From assembly GCF_963921235.1 (NCBI RefSeq), contig NC_086108.1, positions 87,794,001 to 87,854,000 on the forward strand: a stretch of 60,000 bases of DNA. Reading direction: 5' to 3'. Shown in pieces: positions 1 to 12,137 of the stretch. How positions within the stretch are numbered: position 1 is the first letter of the stretch; each line of letters begins with the position of its first letter. The DNA is from Mobula hypostoma. Its lineage: Eukaryota. The translations under genes and the position numbers were made by a program. Below the pieces are notes generated by a model. The model worked only from the letters and a program-made list of their open reading frames with translations. It was not told where the DNA came from and did not search any database.

Positions 1-454
1 GGTTGCTACAGCAAAAGCCTACACACATCTTGGAATGCCACTTTTAAATTATAATACCTCCTTATTCTTAAATCAAATGTATAATCTCACAATTCTCTGC
101 AATTTCATCTGCAATGTGCTTCATCATTCTAACAGACTGGTCAGTGTCTAACACTTCTAGTGTGTACGTCATTTTGCAGATTTTGAAATTGTGTTGTCTT
201 GTATTTTCCAATCCCTAGTCATTAATACTTAACAAGTAACAGAGTGGCTTTAGTTCAACCTCCAGGGAACACCATTGTACAATTAGCTGCAGTTTGAAAG
301 ACCAACAGCCGCTCTTGTTTATTGTCTTCAAGGACACTTATACCAATAGAGCCTTGTATTGGTACAATTTATTATTCCATTGCCTTCAGTTTTGTGGACA
401 AACCTACTATGTGGTATTTATTAATGTCTTTTACTCCATCCTTTCCATGTTCTG

Positions 455-800
455 GGGAAAAAGGAATAAGAGCAGAGATGTAAGAAATGCATGAGGCACA
501 GTCAAAGATTCGATGCTACATTAGAGTGCCAAGTCGAGGTCAGGACTAAGAAGTCATCTCACCTGTTTGAAAAGTCATCAGAACTGATACTTTGTTACTA
601 AGCTGCCCCCTGCCTTAGAGACAGAATCCTGAAAGGGAACAGAAAATGGACCGTGTGAAGGTGTGTGCAGGGTGAAATTTGGCAGCAAAGGTTTTGAGTT
701 CTGTATGAGTTCAAGAAGCAGTACCAATACAATAATCAATGTAACAGAGAAAAGATTCAGGAAGGTAACCTGAGAAGGGATGAAACAAGTTTTATTCAGT
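455..800 (-). mobile_element. Degraded Penelope-like element reverse transcriptase remnant
   Basis: The minus strand translates to FLCYIDYCIGTAS*THTELK...FAAKFHPAHTFT, resembling the PLE RT core (RYIDDCIG...NFHPALKFT). It carries stops and frameshifts, and the boundaries are approximate. Confidence 0.6.
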
Positions 801-1192
801 TAAAGCCTTTAATAAATCTGTGTTGATATTTATTTTCCAGGTTCTGATCATGTTGCCTCAGACTATTATTTCTAACAAATCTCCAGCCATTAAATTTAGA
901 CCATCCTGTAGTCCTTAAGTTTATCCTTATAAATTTATTTTGAACAAGTATATCAGTTGCAGTTCTCAGGAGACTTAGGAGATTTTGGCCAGTACTTCTG
1001 CAATTTCTGTCCTTCCCTTAGCAACAATTGGAAGAATTTTGTCCAGACCTGGTGATTACACAGGTTTGGTGTAGTTTTGGGAAAAGTATTGATTTTCTTT
1101 CAAAACTAAATAGAACTACATCTTTTGCTCTAGAGTGTCAGAAATGTTTCAAAAATTATGACCTTGCCTGCTGGTTTTCTGTCCTTTCATAG

Positions 1193-1333
1193 AAACTAAC
1201 AGAGGGTCGAGTTCCAGTTTTCAGTCATGAGGTGGTTCCAGATCATCTCCGGACTAAACCCGATCCAGAAGTTGAAGAACAGGAAAAACAACTAAGTGCA
1301 GAGGCGGCGCGTCTGGCACCTGATGTAGCTCAG
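1193..1333 (+). CDS. MED8: Mediator complex subunit 8, internal coding exon (141 nt, phase 0/0)
   Basis: The exon is bounded by tttcatAG and GTattg. It translates to [47 protein letters not shown], closely matching vertebrate MED8. Confidence 0.96.
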
Positions 1334-1469
1334 GTATTGCATCATTAACATTTAGAAATATAGTTTGCTTATGATGAAAACAAATGAAGGTAAAAGTGAC
1401 TAGCAGACTACTTAAGGTGGTTGAAATGGTATGCATGTCAGATGTCGAAGAAAGGATGTGCTATCACTC

Positions 1470-1920
1470 AAGAGAATGATCCCCAGAATGAAAGGGTTAG
1501 CATATGAGGAATGTTTGATGGCTCTGGGCCTATACTCGCTGGAGCTTATAAGAATTAGAGTGGATCTCATTGAAACCTATTAAATATTGAAAGGCCTAGA
1601 TAGAGTGGACGTGGGGAGGATGTTTCCTATAGCGGGGGGAAACTAGAACCAGAGAGTATAGCCTCAGAATAGAAGGACATCCTTTTAGACAGACATGAAG
1701 AGGAATTTCTTTAGCTGGAGGATGGTGAATCTGAGGAAGTCACTGCCACAGGCATCTCTGGTGGCCACGTCATTGAGTACATTTAAAGGTGCTTCATTAG
1801 TAAGGTCGTCAAAGGACACAGGGAGAAGGCATGAGAATGGGTTGAGAGGATTAATAAATCTGCCATGATAAGAATGGTGGAGCAGACAAATGGCCGAATT
1901 CACTTGACGTATGGTCTTGT
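1470..1920 (+). mobile_element. CR1 LINE 3' fragment
   Basis: It encodes degraded RMIPRMKGLAYEECLMALGLYSLE...LIETY...RGYSLRIEGHPF, the CR1 ORF2 C-terminus, followed by a 3'UTR. Confidence 0.85.
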
Positions 1921-3384
1921 ATGTTCAATGAAACACTGCTATGTGAATACCTAAGGTCCATTTGCAGATAATATGATGTAATTGAGATTGAGAAACAGAA
2001 GATTTGAATTACTTTATGGATTGAAGATTATTTAATGGATAGAAAAGCAAGAAGAAATAAATGTGTATTTTTCAGATTAGTAGGTTGCAGGTATCATTGT
2101 GTGTAAAATTGACAAGTGGAGGAGTTGATAAAATGTCCAAGCAACACAGCAGGTGAATTTAATATCTGAAAGTTATTTCATTGCTGACTCTGTCCCTTTT
2201 TATCACAGACCTTTTTAACGTTATTCCTTGAACTGAACGATAGCCTTATCAGGGGCTGATAGGGAAAGTCAATTCAGTGGTGACTTTCACTAGAAAACTC
2301 GTATTTTATTGTACAGGAGGAATTTACAGAATGACAGGGAAAGAGCAAGATACTAGGACCATGATATGATTCTCGAAGACGCCAAAAAAGGCCACAAAAT
2401 CCCAATAGAAAAAAATGATCCAGCCATAGAAAAGAAGAAGAGTTAAGATAATATATCAAATGAAAAGGCTTATAATGTGTACTAGAGAGAGTCTGAGGAT
2501 TGTGGAAAATCTCAGAATTCAGCAAGGATCAGGAAATTAATAAAGAATGAGAAAATAGGAAGTGCAAATAATGTACAAAACACACTGAAAATGCTTCTAT
2601 AGATATGCATTTTAACTCTGATTCATGCACAAGGATGGTCAGGTGCCTCAACACACAACTGTTAAACTGTCATTATTTAAAAATAGCTGCCTGCTTTTTG
2701 CACCAAAAATAAAAGTTAATGTGAGCTCCTTACTGAATGAGATGAGAAGTATATATGTGAAGTTAGGAAATAGCAGCTTCAGATGTTTTGGTTGCTCCTT
2801 TGTTTAAGAAGGTCAGTGGGGATTATTGAGCAAACTAAACCTGTGGCCTTACACCAGTAGTAGGGTAATTACTGGAGAATTAATTCTGAGGGGTAGGATG
2901 TACTCGCATAGGAAAAGCATGGATTCAATAGTGATAGTCAGCATGGCTTTATGCAAGGGAGTTCCTATGTTGCAATCTTGATTGAATTTTTTAGGGTGAC
3001 ATAGGTCAGTCCCCAACCACCGGGCCGCAAAGCATGTGCTACCGGGCCGCAAGGAAGCGATATGATTTGGCGATATGAAACAATATGAGTCAGCTGCACC
3101 TTTCCTCGTTCCCTGTCACGCCCACTGTTGAACTTTAACGCACGCGAGGTCATCAATGACCTAAGACGTGCCAAGGAATGGGTCCGTGACCCATTTGTTA
3201 ATGTTTCCGGTGAATCTTCCATGTCAGCGTGGGAAAAAGATCAACTCCTTGTGCTTGCAAATAACAGTGGGCTGAAAAGTATGTTTGACATAACATCTCT
3301 GCCGGCATTCTGGATCAAAGTCAAGGCTGAATATCCTGAGATAGCCACGAAAGCACTGAAAACGTCCCTTCCATTTCCAACATC

Positions 3385-3867
3385 ATAGAAACATAGAAAA
3401 TAGGTGCAGGAGTAGGCCATTCGACCCTTCGAGCCTGCACCGCCATTCAATATGATCATGGCTGATCATCCAACTCAGAACCCTGTACCTGCCTTCTCTC
3501 CATACCCCCTGATCCCTTTAGCCACAAAGGCCATATCTAACTCCCTTCTTAAATATAGCCAATGAACTGGCCTCAACTGTTTCCTGTGGCAGAGAATTCC
3601 ACAGATTCACCACTCTCTGTGTGAAGAAGTTTTTCCTCATCTCGGTCCTAAAAGGCTTCCCCTTTATCCTTAAACTGTGACCCCTCGTTCTGGACTTCCC
3701 CAACATCGAGAGCAATCTTCCTGCATCTAGCCTGTCCAATCCCTTTAGGATTTTATATGTTTCAATAAGATCCGCCCTCAATCTTCTAACTTCCAGCGAG
3801 TATAAGCCTAGTCGATCCAGTCTTTCATCATATGAAAGTCCTGCCATCCCAGGAATCAATCTGGTGA
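3385..3867 (-). mobile_element. Young CR1 (subfamily A) 3' fragment inserted into the hAT transposase remnant
   Basis: It has a (TTCTATGT)-type tail at the left end and the ORF segment TRLIPGMAGLSYDERLDRLGLYSLE, and is nearly identical to the copies at 23158 and 30811. Confidence 0.92.
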
Positions 3868-4138
3868 CGCAGAGGTTTCTGCAATGAATGCAACGAAAAC
3901 TAAATTGCAGAATAGACTGGACATAAGGAACCCCCTTCGAGTATCGCTGTCTCCCATCACCCCTCGATGGGACCGTCTTGTTGCAGGAAAATAAGCCCAG
4001 GGCTCCCACTGATTCAGCGATATTTGTGTGTTGCAGTGATTTTATATGTTCATACGGGGAAAATATGCACTGTGTGTTTAATATCCAAACATTACTTAAA
4101 ATGTTATGATGCTATTGACCTATAAGTGACTTATAATT

Positions 4139-4452
4139 CAGTGGTCCCCGACCTCCGGGCCACGAAGAATGCAGCGGTACAGCGGTAGCCAGAATGCACC
4201 CGGCACATCTTTAAGAAAAAAGCCGAAATAAACATGCTAATTAATTAGGTGCCGCCTGACACGTAAATGTCAGCCCAGATCAGAGACGATTGCTGATTGT
4301 GTCACCTCTGATCTGGGCCAACGTTTACGTGCCGGGCAGCTCCTAATCTTTTAGCTTGTTTATTTCGGCTTTTTTCTTAAAGATGTGCTGTGTGCGTTCT
4401 GGCCACCGCTGTACCGCTGCATTCTTCGCGGCCCAGAGGTTTGGGACCACTG
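4139..4452. mobile_element. Palindromic hAT-type MITE (314 bp)
   Basis: The termini are cagtggtcccc and gggaccactg, and the two halves are reverse complements along almost their whole length. The TSD is ttataatt/ttata-tt. Confidence 0.85.
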
Positions 4453-5109
4453 TTATATTGACTTATCACTATATTCATGCGAGGAAAATATGCGCTGTGT
4501 GTTTAATATTAAATTCATTGGATAAACCCCTTCAGAAACGAAATTGAGTGTATTAACCACTTATAAGTGACTTACAGTTGATGTATTACCTATATTCCTG
4601 TCGTGATTAACACCCCCCCCCCCCCCACGAGTCGGCCAGTCCGCAAGAATATTGTAAACTGGTCCGCAGTGGAAAAAAGGTTGGGGACCCCTGACAAAGG
4701 TGATTGATGAGATTTGCCCACTGGATGTTGTTTGGTAATGTCTCCCAGAGTAAGATAATCCAGAACGTTAAGGCATATGGGATCCATGGTAAATTGGATT
4801 CAAACTTGGCTTGGCCAGGAAAAAAAACAGAGGGTATTGATAGAGGAGAGGGTTTTTTTTCTCACTGGGGGTTTGTGCCCAGTGGTATTCTGCAGGGATT
4901 GTTGCTGCGGCCTGATATATATAAATGATTCAGACAAAAATGGAGCTGGCACATTGGTATGTTTGTATTCAACACAAAAAGTGGTAAAGTGGTAAATAGT
5001 GAGTAAGGTTGTCAGCGAACAGCAGGATATGGGGGAGTTGTAACTAACAGAACTAGCAAACCATTTGGTATAATTTAATTGGATTTTCAGACCTTTGACA
5101 AGTTCTCAC

Positions 5110-5458
5110 ATAAAGTGTGATTGTGTGGATAGTCAGAGGCTTTTTCCCAGGGCTGAAATGGTTGCCACAAGAGGACACAGGTTTCAGGTGCTGGGGAGTA
5201 GGTACAGAGGAGATGTCAGGGGTAAGTTTTTTACGCAGAGAGTGGTGAGTGCGTGGAATGGGCTGTCGGCGATGGTGGTGGAGGCGAATACGATAGGGTC
5301 TTTTAAGAGACCCCTGGATAGGTACATGGAGCTTAGAAAAATAGAAGGCTATGGGTAAGCCTAGTAATTTGTAAGGTAGGGACATGTTCGGCACAACTTT
5401 GTGGGCCAAGGGCCTGCATTGTGCTGCAGGTTTTCTATGTATCTATGTTCTATGTTCT
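5110..5458 (+). mobile_element. CR1 LINE 3' end
   Basis: It translates to VDSQRLFPRAEMVATRGHRF...FFTQRVVSAWNGL and ends in (TTCTATG)n. It belongs to the same subfamily as 55407-55808. Confidence 0.9.
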
Positions 5459-6031
5459 AAAGTTATTAAACATAATTGGAGTACATAAGATTTGAGGTAA
5501 TATAGTAGAATGGATTGAGGATCAATTAACAGACAGAAAACAAAGGAGAAATAAACAGGTCATTTTTGGGTTAGGAGGGTGTGACTAGTAGATGCCACAG
5601 GGCATCAGTGCTGGATCCCTTTTGTTCTCAAGCAGTTAGGTGAAAGGCCAAGTGTAATATATCCAAGTTTGCTGCTGGCAATGACATGGCAGATGGGATG
5701 CATTGCAGGAAAGTGTAAGCTCTCACATTTTGGTAAAACAAGATGGAACAGTGGATTTTTTTTCAAATGGGAGTTTTAAAGCTGTTAGTGTTTGCAACAA
5801 CCTGGGTTTCCTTGAACATATATCACTGAAAGAAATAAGCAGGTTCAGCAAGTCATTTGGAAACCAAATGAATAGTCGGATTACATTTACTATCTTCAAA
5901 TCTGTAAAGACTACCTGAATACTTAGAATTTTGGAAGACAGCACCACATTTAAAACTGTAGAAGGCAAGTCCTCAGTTCCTGCGGGCATGTTGGCTTTCA
6001 GTCCCATTAATTCCTCCAGTAGCACTTTCTG

Positions 6032-6555
6032 CTGCCCAAAAGAAGAATAGGGATGGCAAAAGACACCTTTACGAGAATGAAAAATATACTGACCAACACT
6101 AAACTAGGCATGACAACTCGCCTTAGAGCACTGAAATGTTACATTTATCCAGTTATGTTATATGGCTCAGAATGTTGGACAATATCTAATAACATGAGGA
6201 AATGAATTGAAGCAGCAAAGATGTGGTTTTTGAGGATGCAAAGAATATCATGGACGAAATGAATATCTTAACGAGGATATCATGAACAGAGCAAGCACAA
6301 AAAGAGAAATAATGTATGAGATCATGAAAAGGCGACGTAACTTCCTTGGACATGTGATTAGGAAAGAGGAGTTAGAATGCACGGTGATTATGGGAAAGTT
6401 AGAACGGAAGAAAGCAAGAGGAAGGCAAAGACAAATGATGATGGAGGCAGCAGCCAGAGAACTGGAAATGAATTGATCCACTTGACCTGAAACAGGAGTG
6501 TGTGGGCCATGGCAGTCAAAATTCAAACTGGGCATGGCAACTGATGATGATGATG
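6032..6555 (+). mobile_element. RTE-clade LINE 3' fragment
   Basis: It reads RRIGMAK...YPVMLYGSECWT...FLGHVIRKEELE...GKLERKKARGRQR, ends in a (GAT)n tail, and has a perfect 11-bp TSD agcactttctg (6021-6031 and 6556-6566). Confidence 0.85.
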
Positions 6556-6625
6556 AGCACTTTCTGTGTAACTAAGCTAATACTCCCTCATTCACTTTAG
6601 TTGTATTGTCACAAAAGTAAAGATA

Positions 6626-8144
6626 CAGTGCCTTGTAAAAGTATTCAGCCCCAACCCTTTGTTGACATAAATGAGTATTGCAACCAGGGATCAATTTAAC
6701 TGAGAATTTTTATTTGAGTGTCACGTGCTCCTTTTTTCACAATGGACCCCAAAAAACAGGGAAAACTGTAAAGCATGAAAAGCTAAAAATTCAAAAATTG
6801 AAATGTCAGCACTTCAAAAGTTGTTGTTCTTCTCCGCGCCTCGTGGTGCATCAGGCCCCAACCTTGCCATTTCTTCAGCATTCGCCTGTTTTTTATGAGG
6901 CCAATTGCTAGCTCGACCCTCAACCCAGCACAGCTAGAAAGTGTGCAAGGAGCCATTTGGATTTGAACCCGGAACCACTCGCCTCAAAGTCCAGTGTGGA
7001 TGCCACTACACCACCGGCCGGCTTAGCTTCAAAAGTATTCATCCCCTTTTGATCAGTACTTGGTGAACCACCTCGCACAGCTATTACAGACTACAGTTTC
7101 TATCGAGAAGTCTCTATACCCTTTGTACAACGTGATGAAGTAAGAATTGCCTATTCCTCCTTGCAAAATTGGTCAAACTGTACCAGGTTAGTTGGGGAGC
7201 AGCAGTGGACAGCAATCTTGAGGTCGTGCCAGAGGTATTCAATTGCATTAAGATCAGGACTCTGACTGGGCCACTCAAGGACATCAATTACCACACATAT
7301 CACTTAAAAAAAAAAGCATACCCTTGCCTGTAAAAACTTTGCAAAGAGTCACTTAGAAGATACTGTAAAGATGTGGAAGAAGGTCTTGTGGTCAGATGAG
7401 ACTGAAGTGAAGCTTTTTGGCCTCTACACTAAGCAGTACAAATGGCATAAATCTAATACTGCGCAGCAGCCAGGTAGCACCATCCCTACTGTTAAGTATG
7501 GTGCAAGTAGCATCAAGCTATGGGGATGCTTTTCAGCAGCTGGGATTGGAAATCTGTTCAGGGTTGATGGGAAGATCAATGCTGCCAACTAGATAAAGAT
7601 CGTGGATTAAAACTTGCTAGCCTCTGCCAGAAAGCTTAAACTGGGGTGGAAGTTGGTCTTTCAGGAGGACAACAACCCAAAACACACTGCCAAAGCAACC
7701 ATGGAGTGGCTTCAAATGAAGAAAATTTATGCCCTTGGGTGGCCCAGTTAGAGTCCTGACATGTTTGGCAAGACCTCAAGATTGCTGTCCTCTGCTGCTC
7801 CCCAACTAACCTGGCAAAGCGTGAGCAATTTTGCAAGGAGGTATGGGCAAATCCATCATGTTGTGCAAAGCTAATAGAAGCTTAAACAAAAAGACTTCTG
7901 GCCATAATAGCTGCAAGAGGTGGTTCAACTAAGTGTTGAACAGGACCAGTAAATATTTTTGAAGTGCTGAAATTTCAGTTTTTCATACTTTACAATTTTC
8001 TGGGGGTTTTTTCTGGGCTCCACTATGAAAAAAGGAGCATGTGATTCACAAGTGAAAATTCTCAGTTAAATTGATCAAAAGCCCTGGTTGTAATACATGT
8101 ATGTAAACAAAGGGTTGGGGGCTGAACAATTTTTAAAGGCACTG
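6626..8144 (+). mobile_element. Tc1-family transposon remnant, rearranged
   Basis: The ends are TA|cagtgcctt and aaggcactg|TA with long TIRs. DDE remnants include [15 protein letters not shown] and FQEDNNPKH. Confidence 0.9.
6822..7026 (-). mobile_element. tRNA-derived SINE inserted in the Tc1 element
   Basis: The minus strand has an A box (ggtgtagtgg), a B box (ggttcaaatcc) and an (AAC)n tail. The TSD cttcaaaagt occurs at 6812-6821 and 7027-7036. Confidence 0.8.
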
Positions 8145-8891
8145 TATTTTATTGCAATTAAATGTTTCCCTAGTGAGACCACATCTGTATTATTTTATAG
8201 AGGCCTGGTTCCTTGTGTAAACTGATAGAGTAAGTACAACTAAGATTCCCCAAATTTATTCCTAAAATTGGTGGTAGGGTGAATTATCCAGTGAACCCTA
8301 TCTGGTTTAGGCAGACCAGACTGATTCTAAATTCTCTAGCTAGTGGAAGAAAAAGGTGATCACATTGAAAACGCTTGACAGCACAGATGTAGGTAAGTCT
8401 TCCCTTAGCTGCAATATCCAGAAGGACCATTCGGGACTGAGGATGAGAAGAAATTTCTTCAGGCAGAGGGTGGTTAGCGTTTGGAAATGTCTACCCAAGA
8501 AAGCAATGAAGGTTTGACAGAAATCAATAGAACTTTTGTTAATAAGACAGGTAATATTGGGTCAGTGCAGGAGAAAAATATAAACTGAAGTAGAATATGA
8601 TCTTATTAAATGGTGGTGCAGGCACAAGTGGCTGAATGGCCCACAACCACTTCTATTTATTTACATGAAACTCTAACCTCTTTTTTAATCACCCTTTCAT
8701 TGCAGAATTTTCATTAATTTCCACACATTTAATCAGGTGTCCAGCCTATACCACTTATTGCAGGTATCTTTTTGCAAACGAAGGGCACAAACTTAAGTGA
8801 AACATTTCAAGATAATAATGAAATTAATGTATTTATTTACTGAACATGTAATGTTTCAAAATAAATTTGCTCATTTGTTGCTATCATACAG

Positions 8892-8979
8892 AAATATGTC
8901 CAGTCTATGAACAAAATGTGCAGCAACCTACTTGACAAACTCAACAACACCCGGGAGGAGCGTGAGAGTGAGAGTGGAG
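8892..8979 (+). CDS. MED8: MED8 internal coding exon (88 nt, phase 0/1)
   Basis: The exon is bounded by catacAG and GTatgc and translates to [29 protein letters not shown]. Confidence 0.95.
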
Positions 8980-9446
8980 GTATGCAGCAAACAAAATAAT
9001 TTATAATTGTTTCACAGCATTTTTATGATTTGAAAAATGCTTTGTAATTTCTGAAAAACATAATTGAGAACATAGCAGAGGAATCACATTATTCGGCTGG
9101 AAATTTTGAACCTAAATTCCAACTTGATGCTGAAGCTTTAATGTTTTATATCTGCACACCATTGGTAATAGAGATAGCCAGTGAAATCTTTGAAAATGTG
9201 TCAATCTGTTGCATCTGCCAGCATGTTAGTTACTGAAAAGAAGAGACCCTGAACTATGTATTGTATGGTAATTTCCTAAATTCATTCCCTCAGTATGTGA
9301 ACTATGGCCCTATGGGCTAAATGCCAGCAATTGATTAGTTTTTCTCTAATACGAGCTCTGCCTTCATCAAATCATAGATGAGGAAAAGGAGCAAAAAATC
9401 TGTTTCTTAATTACTGAAATTGCAGCAGTTAGCTTTGTACAAAAGC

Positions 9447-11453
9447 ACTTCCAGTGATGCAGCGAGAAGGCTCCATCCATGACACTCAGAGAAAATTAAA
9501 GTCAAGTATAGGTCGACCTTCACTAATCCGGCACCACTGGGACCTGAGGAGTGCCAGATTAGGGAAAATGCCGAATTACAGAAGGATCACGCTAAGCAAT
9601 AGCTAACCACCTCATAATACTTTTAAAATATCATGTAAATCAGTACAACTTAGATAATAATGAAACAGAAATATTAAATGAGTAGCACGTGAAATTTTAA
9701 TACAGTAATATACTGCACAGGCACAGATAAAATAAAAGGTACAGGTAAACGTACAGGAATTATAGAGAAAAGTTGAGCACTTCCACTTCTAAAGTGAGAT
9801 GTTTAATATACCTTCAGGCAAAGTTGCATGTCTGCAAGTGTCAGGATCATCAACGTCTTCATCTTGAAAAATGAGTGAAGCATCAGGAACTGGTGCTGAA
9901 ACTGGCACAACAGTTTCTTCAACAACTATTGATGTTGGTGACAGCACATCTGGCTGAGCAGAAGTTGATGGCATTGGATTTTTAAGTGTTAGCTCCCCTG
10001 TTGCACTTTTTCTCACAATTCTTTTGAACATATCTTCCAAGGTATGCTGTTTCATAAATTTTGGTCTGTCTCTGATTAGCTTATCCTGCAGCATATAAAC
10101 ACTCATCATTTGTTGTTCAGTTATAAAACATCGTGTTCTAATTCTTTCAGCAATTCACCTGTCAACTTAATTAGCCTGTCAATAGAAAGTCTCTCTGCTG
10201 GCAAAGTCACACGATCTCTCGATGCCTTATACCCTGTTGGCGATTCTGCATCTGCTGTTGTTAGTGTTCTTGGTGTACATCTCCAATACAAAGCAGTCTC
10301 ATCAGCATTATACACCTGCTCAGGGCTTAATTTTTCATCGGAGTCTAACTTGGCGAACTCATCAACAAACTCTGCTGTTGCTTCTTTGTCTGCTGAACAT
10401 TTTTCACCACACACTGCACGAAACTGTAAGCCGTGACGCTGCTTGAACCGATAAAGCCAGCCTACACTATAGTCACACTCATAATCTAGTCCATGAAGAA
10501 TTGAAGATAGTTCAACACCTTCACTTACACGAAGATTAAACCATGTTATCAGCACTTTATTTATTTCCTAACTTCTTCCATCTTTCATTGTTTTTCTTAC
10601 GCACATGTTTCTTTGAGCCACTACCAGCAAAAAAAGTAGCAGTTTTTCTTTCTGTTTCTTTATACCGTACACTGTGGAAGAGCCAATGTTGTAACACTCG
10701 CACAAGCTTTTCACCGATACACCACTGTCCAGTTTTTTCAAGAGTTCAACCCTATCTTTAATGGATAATGCGCGGTGTTTTTGCTTCATAGCACGAGGTG
10801 CATTTCCTTTACTCACTGGGGCTATAATTGGGGCTAAAAAAGAGCCAGTGATATTCATAAATGCAGGAAAACAAGCAGGAATCGCCTGTCTGTGCTTACA
10901 AGAGCACATGAACACATGAACAGATCTAGCGCAACCAAAACAATGCGCAGCAGATTGGTACCATTGCCCAGGAAATTTGAAATTACAGTTGCGCAGAAAA
11001 TTTGAAATCAGTGCCAGATTATCGAAGGAACCGGATTTCAGGTAGTCGGGTTAGTGAAGGTTGACTGTATATCAGTAAATTCCAAGCTTTAGCAAATTAC
11101 TGTGCATGCTTTTAAAATTTTTTAATCAGTTTTTTTACTGATAGGGTGAGGTTTCTAGAATAAATTTTTTATATTTTATAATAACTTTAAAGAATCAAAT
11201 TTTATATATACTGCTAAAGAAATGCCTTGGATATGAGGAAATGAATTTATCAGTTTTTTTTAATTACAAAAGCACTTTTTTTCTGTGTAGTTAGGTTTTA
11301 TAGATACAGTTAAAGAAATGCTCTGCATGTTTGCAGTATCCAATTTTAAAAGCATGCACAGTAAATTGCTGAAGTCTGGAATTTAGTGATGTACTTGACT
11401 TTAATTTTCCCTGAGTGTCATGGATGGAGCCTTCTCACTGCATCACTGGAAGT
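9447..11453. repeat. Long inverted repeat (arms about 110 bp) with its left arm split by the Tigger insertion
   Basis: 9447-9508 joined to 11070-11120 is the reverse complement of 11341-11453 with scattered mismatches. Confidence 0.85.
9509..11067 (-). mobile_element. Tigger/pogo-family DNA transposon, internally deleted
   Basis: It has a TA TSD and TIRs gtcgaccttcactaatccg / cgggttagtgaaggttgactg. It encodes CENP-B-type HTH domains (KHRALSIKDRVELLKKLD; SVGWLYRFKQRHG) and the first DDE motif (VYNADETALYW), with frameshifts. Confidence 0.9.
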
Positions 11454-11601
11454 CCTGTTGCCCTTCAGACCTCGCTGCTGGACTCTGGGACATGGAAGCA
11501 TTTCCGGGAGGATCAGGTCCAGGCTAGCAAGATCTGGTCAATTATAATGTTGTAGAGGAATGTTAGAGTAATCAGGACTTGCAATGTTTCTTTCCTTTTA
11601 G

Positions 11602-11847
11602 CTCTGCGACAGAACAAGCAAACCTTTAATCCAGCTGATACAAATGCTCTAGTCGCAGCAATTGGATTTGGAAAAGGATTATCCAAACCAATCAGACCAC
11701 AGTCCCAAGGTGGAACAGTGTCCTCAGGTCAGTCTGTACCAGGTAGTGGCCTGCAGGGAGGTCCAAGTCTGTCACAGGTATCAATTCAAGGTGGGCCAAG
11801 CCAACAGGGATTGCCTGGACAAGTTCCTTCACAGCAAGGTCAGCCAG
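11602..11847 (+). CDS. MED8: MED8 internal coding exon (246 nt, phase 1/1)
   Basis: The exon is bounded by ccttttAG and GTaaga. It translates to LRQNKQTFNPADTNALVAAIGFGKGLSK followed by a G/Q/P/S-rich linker ending QQGQP. Confidence 0.95.
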
Positions 11848-12137
11848 GTAAGAAGTGCAAACATTAGATCAGTTTTCCCTTCTATTCTGTTGCTGGAAAG
11901 CTACTGTATATATTCAAAAAAACATGGTTATTTCTGTCATATGACCCTTTATAATACAAATCAGCATTTTCATTCATCAGTTTGAAAACTTCAGTTGGAT
12001 CGTATCAAAATCTATGTACTGTAGTTAATTATCCCTGATTGTCTGGAAGTATTTTGTAACCAAATAAGTGATTATGGTATTTGAGCTTTGTTTTAATTTC
12101 AGCATTTTTTACTCTGCATGTTCTTACAGTGATATAG

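Larger units (their letters stand above)
3007..4693 (+). mobile_element. Internally deleted hAT (Charlie/Buster-like) DNA transposon
   Basis: The termini are cagtccccaacc and ggttggggacccctg, flanked by an 8-bp TSD acataggt/acaaaggt. It carries the hAT C-terminal dimerisation remnant FWIKVKAEYPEIATKALKTSLPFPTS...FSAMNATKTKLQNRLDI. Confidence 0.88.
2330..5090 (+). mobile_element. Old degraded CR1 ORF2 fragment, split by the hAT element at 3007-4693
   Basis: CR1 RT motifs (SQHGFMQG, LIEFF...VTK) run up to 3006 and resume at 4694 (gtgattgatgag...). Confidence 0.7.

Noticed and set aside
9789..10915. Domesticated TIGD/JRK-like gene
   Set aside because: It is frameshifted, most of the DDE domain is deleted, and it is still bounded by TIRs and a TA TSD, so it is a transposon fossil.
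11662..11985. 107-aa ORF overlapping MED8
   Set aside because: It is an alternative frame of the MED8 exon running into the intron, and splice phases support the other frame.
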